37,286 nt of DNA from Candidatus Solincola sediminis (lineage in GTDB: Bacteria; Actinomycetota; Geothermincolia; Geothermincolales; RBG-13-55-18): contig MELM01000007.1 of NCBI GenBank assembly GCA_001767605.1, positions 33,573-70,858 of the forward strand, written 5' to 3'. The first letter of the stretch is position 1; each line of letters starts with the position of its first letter. Position numbers and translations under genes: made by a program. The notes below the pieces were generated by a model that was not told where the DNA came from, ran no database searches, and was given only the letters and a program-made list of their open reading frames with translations. Shown here in pieces: positions 24,929 through 31,922 of this stretch.

Positions 24929-25327
24929 TCAACTGCCAGAATCGCATGAGGGGCAGTTCCAGCCTCTTCCTCTTCTGCCGTATCTTGAAGGAACCTGGCC
25001 ACCACACCTGCCGCAGCGGTAATGACCGCCGCCTTCCCTTATGATGTAGTTCCCGCCTTCGATGCGAAGCGCTTTTCCGGCCACCAACGCTTCGATAACC
25101 TTCGCCCTCGCCTCGGTGATCATGCGCTGGATGGTTTGCCGCGAGACGCCCATTTCCTTGGCGGCGTCCTCCTGGTACATACCCTCCAGGTCCACCAGGC
25201 GCAGAGCCTCCAGTTCCTCAATATTCAGTGTGATTTCTTCGAGCTGGCTGAGAGGAATCCCCCGCGGCTTGAAATAGTCGGTCTTAGGGGCTTCTCCCAC
25301 CAGTTTGGGTTTTGCTGGTCGGGCCAA
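24929..25327 (-). CDS. DUF134 (UPF0251) predicted DNA-binding protein with a C-terminal Zn-ribbon
   Basis: 132 aa with a TTG start after GAGGAG. YFKPRGIPL..LEEITL..EELEALRLVDLEGMYQEDAAKEMGVSRQTIQRM is a sigma-70 region-4-like HTH. The C-terminus is CGRCG...RRGRGWNCPSC. Confidence 0.75.
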   Translation of the reverse strand: MARPAKPKLVGEAPKTDYFKPRGIPLSQLEEITLNIEELEALRLVDLEGMYQEDAAKEMGVSRQTIQRMITEARAKVIEALVAGKALRIEGGNYIIREGGGHYRCGRCGGQVPSRYGRRGRGWNCPSCDSGS

Positions 25328-25397
25328 TCAATTAACTCCTCGAAAATCGAATACATATCATTTTACATCTCATTTATATTCAATAACTCGCGATTTG

Positions 25398-26264
25398 TCA
25401 CACGTCGAGCAGCGTCTCGATCCTTGCGGCGAGGCGCCTGATCGGTGCTTGCACCTCGTCCGGGACCTTCCCAATGGGTGGCCGGCCGGAGCGCAGGACC
25501 TCCACCACCTCCTCGCGGAACGGTATCTCAGCCGCTATTTCAACTCCCGCGGCCACACACGAATCCTTTATTTCTTCGGCAATTCCAGGGTTGATGTCCC
25601 ATTTGTTTATGCACGCTATGGCGGGCACGCCGAAATGCTCGATTACTTGGAGTATCCTTCCAAGGTCATGCCTTCCGGCGACAGTGGGCTCGGTCACTAC
25701 GAGCGCCAGGTTCGCGCCGCTCAAGGAGGCGATCACCGGGCAGCCGGTGCCGGGCGAGCCGTCCACCATGACCAGAGAGATATCGCTCTCCGCGCTCATC
25801 AACTGGGCCTCCATTCTCACCCTTGTCACGACCTTCCCCGAGGCCTCCTCTCCTACCGCAAGCTCCGCCCCTACCATGGGACCGTATTCGGTGGAAGCGA
25901 TGAAGACTTCGGCGCCCCCCGGTTCATAAAAACTGACCGCTTTCTTTGGGCAAACCAGCTCGCACACCTTGCAACCCTCGCAGAGGAAGGGGTCGATCAG
26001 GTAGGGGGAGGACGTGATCGCACTGTAACGGCAGTGCTCCTCGCAGGCGCCGCAGCTATCACACAGCGCCGGGTCTATCCTCGCCTTACTCGATACATTG
26101 AGTGTGAAAGACTTCTCGATATGGGGGGCGAGCAGCAGGTGGAGATTGGGCGCCTCGACGTCGCAGTCGGCTATTACCGCCGGCTTCAAGAGCTGGGCCA
26201 GGGCGGCGGTAACCGTTGTCTTCCCCGTGCCCCCCTTGCCGCTCACGACAACCAGTTGTTTCAT
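25398..26264 (-). CDS. MinD/ParA-superfamily P-loop ATPase with an inserted 2x[4Fe-4S] ferredoxin domain (COG1149-like)
   Basis: 288 aa. P-loop SGKGGTGKTT. Cys motifs CDSCGACEEHC and CEGCKVCELVCP. 4-nt overlap with the upstream paralogue. Confidence 0.85.
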   Translation of the reverse strand: MKQLVVVSGKGGTGKTTVTAALAQLLKPAVIADCDVEAPNLHLLLAPHIEKSFTLNVSSKARIDPALCDSCGACEEHCRYSAITSSPYLIDPFLCEGCKVCELVCPKKAVSFYEPGGAEVFIASTEYGPMVGAELAVGEEASGKVVTRVRMEAQLMSAESDISLVMVDGSPGTGCPVIASLSGANLALVVTEPTVAGRHDLGRILQVIEHFGVPAIACINKWDINPGIAEEIKDSCVAAGVEIAAEIPFREEVVEVLRSGRPPIGKVPDEVQAPIRRLAARIETLLDV

Positions 26265-27127
26265 GAGAGACCCCCTTTTACTCCGACCCTGGAGGTGGCC
26301 TTCTCATAAAGGGAGAGGAATTCGCTCTCCCATTGCTTGTCATCGTCCACGAGATTAATGCCCGAGGAATTGAGGCGCGCTATTTCTCTGCTGAAGGGAA
26401 GGGAGAGCAGGATATCCAGTCCGTTCCTGGCGCAAAACTGTTTTATCTCGCTATTGCCGGCGATATCTTTGTTTACCACGACCACGGAAGGAACGCCCAG
26501 TGCCTCGGCCATCTTTACCGCCATAACAAGGTCGTGCATGCCGAAAGGGGTGGGTTCGGTAACCATCAGGCACAGGTCCGATCCTTGCACGGTGGTCATT
26601 ACCGAACAACCGGTTCCCGGCCCGCAGTCGACGATGTTTACGGCATCGGGCGCCAGGCTCCGCTTCATCTGGGAGATAATGGGGCTCGCCTTTGGTTCGC
26701 CTATCTCGAGGATGCCCTGCATGAAGTCCATGCCCTCGCCCGTGCGCCCGTGTTCGATTACCCCCGCCACGCGCTCCTTTTCCTCAATGGCGTGCATGGG
26801 GCAAAGGATGGCGCACCCCCCACATCCGTGACAGAGTTCCTCGAAAACAAGCACCCGGGAGGGTGTTCTTGCTAGTGCTGCGTAAGAGCAAAAGGAGGAG
26901 CACTCACCACAGCAATCACAGAGGTTCTCATCGATGCGAGGGATGCGAATCGCAACTTCCTCTTTTCGGGTAATAGTGGGATTGACGAAGAGGTGGCCGT
27001 TGGGCTCCTCGACGTCGGCGTCAGCAAACAGGGTTTTGATGCCGGCGCGGTGCAGAGACACAGCCAGGTTAACGGCGACAAGCGTCTTCCCCGTGCCGCC
27101 CTTTCCGGCTGCTACTGTTATTACCAA
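26261..27127 (-). CDS. MinD/ParA-superfamily P-loop ATPase with an inserted 2x[4Fe-4S] ferredoxin domain (COG1149-like), paralogue
   Basis: 288 aa with a TTG start. P-loop AGKGGTGKTL. Cys motifs CDCCGECSSFC and CHGCGGCAILCP. Confidence 0.85.
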   Translation of the reverse strand: MVITVAAGKGGTGKTLVAVNLAVSLHRAGIKTLFADADVEEPNGHLFVNPTITRKEEVAIRIPRIDENLCDCCGECSSFCSYAALARTPSRVLVFEELCHGCGGCAILCPMHAIEEKERVAGVIEHGRTGEGMDFMQGILEIGEPKASPIISQMKRSLAPDAVNIVDCGPGTGCSVMTTVQGSDLCLMVTEPTPFGMHDLVMAVKMAEALGVPSVVVVNKDIAGNSEIKQFCARNGLDILLSLPFSREIARLNSSGINLVDDDKQWESEFLSLYEKATSRVGVKGGLS

Positions 27128-27558
27128 CGGCCTCTACCTCTTCCTCCGCCTCTGCCGCCGCCTCCGCCGCCGGTGGGTCCCGAAAACCCGGTGCCCGGCA
27201 TACCCGTCTTCTCAGCGACGGTCGCCGAGGAGGAAGAGGCGAGACTCCCTGTCTTTAACGCCTGCATGGCCTCCTCGATGGTGCCATTGAAGCCGGCATA
27301 AACGCGCACCTGCCCGGCCAGCACCTGCATGGCATTGGGGCCGATGTTTCCGGTAATTACCGCTTCGGCGCCCTTATCCACTACGCCCTGGGCCGTGCGT
27401 ATGCCGGCTCCTCCGGATGCGCTTATGTTGGGATTAGGCTCGGCTTCCCAGCTTTCGCTCTCGCTGTCGTAAAAGACCAGATACTGGCAGCGCCCGAAAC
27501 GCGGGTCCACCGTACTTTGCAGGTTTGGTCCAGTCGATGATATAGCGATTTTCATCAA
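27121..27558 (-). CDS. NifB/NifX-family domain protein with a Gly/Arg-rich C-terminal tail
   Basis: 145 aa. MKIAISSTG...VDPRFGRCQYLVFYD...AVITGNIGPNA. The tail is PTGGGGGGRGGGRGRGRW. Confidence 0.75.
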   Translation of the reverse strand: MMKIAISSTGPNLQSTVDPRFGRCQYLVFYDSESESWEAEPNPNISASGGAGIRTAQGVVDKGAEAVITGNIGPNAMQVLAGQVRVYAGFNGTIEEAMQALKTGSLASSSSATVAEKTGMPGTGFSGPTGGGGGGRGGGRGRGRW

Positions 27559-27837
27559 TCAACCTCCCGTTTCTTCCAACTTGCTGATGCGATCGTGTAT
27601 CTCGCCCAGCATTTGTTCGAGGCGGGCCGCCTGCGTTTTCAGCATCTCCAGGTCACCCGCTTGAACCGGGTAAGCATTAAAAGGGACGGTTGGCGCGGGC
27701 CACTGCCCGGTCATCATATATTCCGCGCAGGGCCCGAGACCGCTCGCGCTCCTTCCCACCCAGCCGGGACTATACCCAAGCCTCATCCATCCGGGTTGTC
27801 CCGTCAGGTTGTACATGTACCTGTGTCCACGTCCCAT
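27559..27837 (-). CDS. DUF5320-like small protein (Gly/Arg/aromatic N-terminus + C-terminal coiled coil)
   Basis: I prefer the ATG at 27837, 8 nt after AAGGAGGA, over the track start at 27858. MGRGHRYMYNLTGQPGW...; C-terminus LKTQAARLEQMLGEIHDRISKLEE. Confidence 0.6.
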   Translation of the reverse strand: MGRGHRYMYNLTGQPGWMRLGYSPGWVGRSASGLGPCAEYMMTGQWPAPTVPFNAYPVQAGDLEMLKTQAARLEQMLGEIHDRISKLEETGG

Positions 27838-27873
27838 TTTCGTATTCCTCCTTATCATTCATTACGAGTCTTT

Positions 27874-28056
27874 CTAGCAGTTGGCTCCCAACATTCGAGT
27901 CCCGCATTTCGCGCACCTCTTCGTAAAACAGGGGATGCCCCTGGCATGCGGCTCCGTATGGCCGCAACTGGGACAGCGGCAGACACTGCTGCCGGGAACT
28001 CCCCGGCTACCGGCCGGGCTCCCCGCGCCGCCTCTTCCTCGTCCGAACCCGATCAT
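27874..28056 (-). CDS. Small Cys-rich (Zn-ribbon-like) protein with an RG-rich N-terminus
   Basis: 60 aa from the ATG at 28056: MIGFGRGRGGAGSPAGSRG...CRCPSCGHTEPHARGIPCFTKRCAKCG. The upstream part of the track ORF lies in an AT-rich spacer. First gene of the minus operon. Confidence 0.5.
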   Translation of the reverse strand: MIGFGRGRGGAGSPAGSRGVPGSSVCRCPSCGHTEPHARGIPCFTKRCAKCGTRMLGANC

Positions 28057-28082
28057 GGTCTTCACCTTCAATAATCGTATTG

Positions 28083-28208
28083 GGCATATGCCATATTTAA
28101 TAATAATGGAGATTAATAGCATATGTAAAGGTCTCTCGCACGGAGTTTGATAATAGCTTTAAAATACGCATAATAGTTACTAGACATATGCCTAATAATG
28201 ACTATAAT
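28083..28208. promoter_or_regulatory. AT-rich divergent control region with repeated CATATGCC / TAATAATG boxes
   Basis: GGCATATGCC palindrome at 28083-28092. CATATG at 28085, 28120 and 28185. CATATGCC..TAATAATG modules at 28085-28108 and 28185-28200, 100 bp apart. TATAAT at 28203-28208. Confidence 0.45.
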
Positions 28209-28383
28209 AAGGATGGAAGAAATAAATGCCTTCTTTAATTGAAGAATCGGAGGCTTGAAGGTACGAGATGTTTCGCAGAAAGACCGTGCGAAAACTGCAT
28301 ATCTACTCCGGGCTCTTATCAGCCCTGCTTGGCGTTTACCTATGGAGAGAACCGAAGTTACGCAGGAAAGCGGGTGATTCAAG

Positions 28384-28794
28384 GTGATCTTTTCGCACGA
28401 GCACAAGGTGGCAATTGCCACTCAGGACGGAAAAGAGATGGCAGAGCATTTCGGCTCAGCTCCAATCTTTCTTGTCTATACATTGCGAGAGGGGCGGGTC
28501 ATCGATATAGAAACGCGCTCCAACTCCAGTAATTATGCTAGCGCCGAAAAAGACGAGGGCTGCTGGCAAGTCATAGAAGAGCTGCTGCCCGACGTTAAGG
28601 TAGTCATCTCGCACGGAATGGGTGAAAACGCCTACGTGGGGCTATTGCGGAGGGACGTGCTGCCCTTGAACATTAACGAGCATGACGCGGAAAAAGCCAT
28701 CCAAGCATACATTCGGGATAGCCTCAAGGACAATCCGGAACTCGTTCATGAGCCTAGACGAGGGGGCCCTATCAAACGAGTATCAAAGCGATAG
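28384..28794 (+). CDS. NifB/NifX-family domain protein
   Basis: 136-aa ORF with a GTG start (alternative GTG at 28408). KVAIATQDGKEMAEHFGSAPIFLVYTL...VVISHGMGENA. Confidence 0.7.
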   Translation: MIFSHEHKVAIATQDGKEMAEHFGSAPIFLVYTLREGRVIDIETRSNSSNYASAEKDEGCWQVIEELLPDVKVVISHGMGENAYVGLLRRDVLPLNINEHDAEKAIQAYIRDSLKDNPELVHEPRRGGPIKRVSKR

Positions 28795-28803
28795 TTAAAA
28801 GTT

Positions 28804-30042
28804 ATGAAAGGAGATGCTTGCGCATTGACGGGATGTAAAGGAGATTGCGAGGAGAAAACCCAAGCCGGGGAGCATCCGAACTTCTCGGGGGTGAAAAAAA
28901 AGATCATGGTGCTGAGCGGGAAAGGCGGCGTTGGCAAGAGTTCGATAGCGGCATCCCTGGCTGTGGGCCTTGCCGATCGCGGCTACCGGGTGGGGGTAAT
29001 GGATGTTGATTTCCATGGGCCCAGCATACCCGTGATATTCGGCCTGGTGGGCCGCAGGGTGTTCGGTGATGGCGAAGGGGTTTTTCCCATAGAGATCAGC
29101 GGCAACCTGAAAGTCATATCCATCGGCCTTTTCCTTGACGAAAGCGATGATGCCGTAATCTGGAGGGGCCCCATGAAGATGACCGCCATCAGGCAATTCA
29201 TCGAGGAGACCCACTGGGGCGACCTCGACTACCTGATAATCGATTCGCCGCCGGGCACTGGGGACGAGCCATTGAGCATTGTCCAATTGATCCCCGACTC
29301 GTGGGGCTTGATCGTGACGACACCCCAGGAACTGGCCATGTCCGACGTCAGGAAATCCATTAATTTCTGCAAGAGACTGAACATGCCCGTAATCGGGCTG
29401 GTTGAAAATATGGCCGGTCTTGTCTGCCCAAACTGCGGTGAGAGGATGGATATCTTCGGCAGCGGCGGAGCAGAACTGCTGGCCGAGGAAGCCCAGATAG
29501 ATTTCCTCGTTTCGCTTCCCCTCGATAAGGAATTTGCCTCATGGGCGGACCGGGGCGGCGCGAAAGCGGGCAATTACCATGATTTAACAGGAGTTTCGGC
29601 GATGCTCGACCTGATGGTTGAGAAGGTTGTCTCCGCCACGGCTGCAAAGGATCGTGAAGTGAACGAGCAGGCTCAGCGCCTGGTTGATGAGAGAGAGGAC
29701 GGTATGAACATCTATGCAATTCCTACGGAAAACGGACTTCTATGCGCGCATTTCGGCCATTGCGAGAAGTTTACACTTATTGAAGCGCTAGACGGCCGAG
29801 AGCCTGAAATCAAAGAGGTCTGCGACGCGCCGCCGCATGAGCCGGGGCTCCTGCCCCGCTGGCTTGCGGACAAGGGAGTGAGCACGGTAATCGCGGGCGG
29901 AATGGGCGCGAGGGCTCAGCAGATATTTGCCGAGAGCGGCGTAAGAATCATGTGTGGAGCTCCGGGAATCGAGCCACTCGAGGTAGTCAGACAATACATG
30001 GAAGGCGCGCTGGAGCTGGGGCAAAACGTCTGCGACCATTGA
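28804..30042 (+). CDS. Mrp/NBP35/ApbC-type Fe-S cluster carrier ATPase fused to a C-terminal NifX-like domain
   Basis: 412 aa. Cys-rich N-terminus (CALTGCKGDC). P-loop SGKGGVGKSS, DSPPGTGDE, ENMAGLVCPNCG. The C-terminal ~110 aa has MNIYAIPTENGLLCAHFGHCEKFTLI...VIAGGMGARA. Confidence 0.85.
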   Translation: MKGDACALTGCKGDCEEKTQAGEHPNFSGVKKKIMVLSGKGGVGKSSIAASLAVGLADRGYRVGVMDVDFHGPSIPVIFGLVGRRVFGDGEGVFPIEISGNLKVISIGLFLDESDDAVIWRGPMKMTAIRQFIEETHWGDLDYLIIDSPPGTGDEPLSIVQLIPDSWGLIVTTPQELAMSDVRKSINFCKRLNMPVIGLVENMAGLVCPNCGERMDIFGSGGAELLAEEAQIDFLVSLPLDKEFASWADRGGAKAGNYHDLTGVSAMLDLMVEKVVSATAAKDREVNEQAQRLVDEREDGMNIYAIPTENGLLCAHFGHCEKFTLIEALDGREPEIKEVCDAPPHEPGLLPRWLADKGVSTVIAGGMGARAQQIFAESGVRIMCGAPGIEPLEVVRQYMEGALELGQNVCDH

Positions 30043-30053
30043 TTGGACGAGGC

Positions 30054-30509
30054 ATGTATCTCATAAATGCGCATGATTGTACCGGTTGCGGCACCTGCCT
30101 CGATTACTGCCTGGCAGGAGCGATCACCATCAATGACGGCGTGGCGCGGATAGATGGAGCGCAATGCACCTCTTGCGGCTCATGCTTTGAAATATGCCCG
30201 CAAGGCGCCGTCCATGAAGTTAAACATGTCCCCGCCCTGTACCCGGCAAATCGGGCGGTGTCTCCGTCCCAGGTTTCTCAATCACCGGCAAGAGCTATTC
30301 ATGGATGGCCACAACTGGCCAGGCGGGAGAAGGTAGCGGCGCTAACCGTTCTGCTGCCCGTTCTTTCGAGACTCGCCCTTAGAATGGTCGGCCGCCTTTC
30401 CCCTCGCGGCCGTTTCTATAGGGATCAAGGGTCCCCCGGCAATGCAGGCGGCGGCAGGCATCGCTGGAGGGGGAGGGCCTTCGAGAAATATGAACGGGAG
30501 TTGAGATAA
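30054..30509 (+). CDS. 2x[4Fe-4S] ferredoxin-domain protein with a hydrophobic and Arg/Gly-rich C-terminal extension
   Basis: The ATG at 30054 gives MYLINAHDCTGCGTCLDYC...CTSCGSCFEICP. The extension has VAALTVLLPVLSRLALRMVG and GGGRHRWRGR. The track ORF start at 29952 overlaps the preceding gene. Confidence 0.8.
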   Translation: MYLINAHDCTGCGTCLDYCLAGAITINDGVARIDGAQCTSCGSCFEICPQGAVHEVKHVPALYPANRAVSPSQVSQSPARAIHGWPQLARREKVAALTVLLPVLSRLALRMVGRLSPRGRFYRDQGSPGNAGGGRHRWRGRAFEKYERELR

Positions 30510-30576
30510 TGGATGACGCTCTGGCCGGGTTGCAGGAAGAAATCGATGCGCAAATGAAGCAGATCTTACAGAAATA

Positions 30577-30891
30577 GTGATAGACCACGCTTTGAACCCC
30601 CGCAATGTCGGAACGCTTCCCGGCGCGGATGCTCGGGCCGGGTTCACGGGCCCCTGCGGCGATACCATGGAGGTATGGATTAAAGTGATGGAGGGCAGGG
30701 TCGAGCGGGCTAGTTTCTGGACGGATGGATGCGGAACGTCCATAGCATGTGGAAGCATGGTGACGGAGCTTGCCCGCGGCAGGATGATACCCGAATGTCT
30801 CGAGATAGGACAGCAGGACGTGCTCGATGCCCTGGGCGATTTGCCTGAAGGAGAGCAGGCATTGTGCCCTGCTGGCCGCAACGACGCTTAA
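30577..30891 (+). CDS. IscU/NifU-N-type Fe-S scaffold, frame-disrupted (possible pseudogene or recoded/fused gene)
   Basis: VIDHALNPRNVG, GPCGDTME and DGCGTSIA are in this frame. The conserved third-Cys segment RHCALLAATTLKAAAIDYLK is in the +1 frame (30857-30916). Confidence 0.7.
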   Translation: MIDHALNPRNVGTLPGADARAGFTGPCGDTMEVWIKVMEGRVERASFWTDGCGTSIACGSMVTELARGRMIPECLEIGQQDVLDALGDLPEGEQALCPAGRNDA

Positions 30892-30964
30892 AGCGGCTGC
30901 CATCGACTATCTGAAAGACCACCCTCGATTTTTAAGAAACAGGCGAATCGTAAAGGGGAAAAGG

Positions 30965-31786
30965 GTGCAGATCTTCGTGCTTTCCGATAATACCGCCGGT
31001 CCCCCCAATTTCCTGGCTGAACACGGGCTTTCCCTCTTAATAAGAAGCGAAGCTGATGATCTGCTCCTGGATACGGGACAGGGAACGGCGGCCATGCACA
31101 ACGCCGAGATCCTTAAGCTGAGCCTGGATAATTTAAGAGCACTGGTCCTGTCCCACGGTCACTACGATCACACAATGGGTCTCCCGCAAGTGCTCGCCAG
31201 GAAAAGCCCTTTGAAAATATACGCTCACCCGGATATCTTTGAAGCCAAATATTACCAGGCGGGGGAGATAAGCAGGCATATCGGCATGCCCTATCGCAGG
31301 GATTACCTGGAAAGCCTGGGAGCCGATTTCGATCTCAGCTACTCACCGCGGGAAGTTACGCCCGGCGTTATCCTATCGGGTGAGATACCCCGCGTAACCA
31401 ATTTCGAGACGGGCGATGCTAATCTCAAGGTGAAGTGGGGCGAAGCTTTTGAAATCGATCCTTTATTGGACGATCAAGCCCTTTTTGTGACATCCCCCGA
31501 CGGCGTTATAGTGATTCTGGGGTGTGCTCACGCGGGTGCCATCAACACCATCCGTCATGCTGTTGAAATCACGGGCAACAAAAAGATAAGGGCGGTTGTC
31601 GGGGGGTCGCACCTGCTTTTTCTCGGCTCTGAGCAGTTGCAGCGCACGGTCGAGGAGCTGAAGCTTATCAACCCGGAACTTATGGCTTTTTCCCACTGCA
31701 CGGGTCAGGCGGCGGCGCGCCGGCTCTCGCAGGAATTCGGGGAAACATTTGTTTTCAACCAAACCGGAAATGTGATTAATATCTGA
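30965..31786 (+). CDS. MBL-fold metallo-hydrolase (COG1237-like)
   Basis: The GTG at 30965 follows AAAGGGGAAAAG and gives VQIFVLSDNTAGP..., with SHGHYDHTMG (HxHxDH). The ORF is open from 30809, and the track start at 30827 reflects the IscU frameshift. Confidence 0.8.
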   Translation: MQIFVLSDNTAGPPNFLAEHGLSLLIRSEADDLLLDTGQGTAAMHNAEILKLSLDNLRALVLSHGHYDHTMGLPQVLARKSPLKIYAHPDIFEAKYYQAGEISRHIGMPYRRDYLESLGADFDLSYSPREVTPGVILSGEIPRVTNFETGDANLKVKWGEAFEIDPLLDDQALFVTSPDGVIVILGCAHAGAINTIRHAVEITGNKKIRAVVGGSHLLFLGSEQLQRTVEELKLINPELMAFSHCTGQAAARRLSQEFGETFVFNQTGNVINI

Positions 31787-31922
31787 GCTTGCGATATTGA
31801 TCCAGTGATCGGCAATAAACTATCAATCCAAACTCGGTTGGCGCGAGGGGAGGGGTTTCAGCTCCTCTTGATATGATAAGGCAAGATGAAATGGAGGGAC
31901 TTCCCGGCGTCAAATCTTGAGT

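Noticed and set aside
25305-26309. 334-aa plus-strand ORF
   Set aside because: It is antisense to the MinD/ferredoxin ATPase gene, whose P-loop and Cys motifs are unambiguous. The translation is Arg/Gly/His-rich and of low information.
24462-30042. Interpreting the four NifX/NifB-like domains as evidence of nitrogen fixation
   Set aside because: No nifH, nifDK, nifEN or radical-SAM NifB domain is present. Stand-alone NifX-like domains are widespread in non-diazotrophs.
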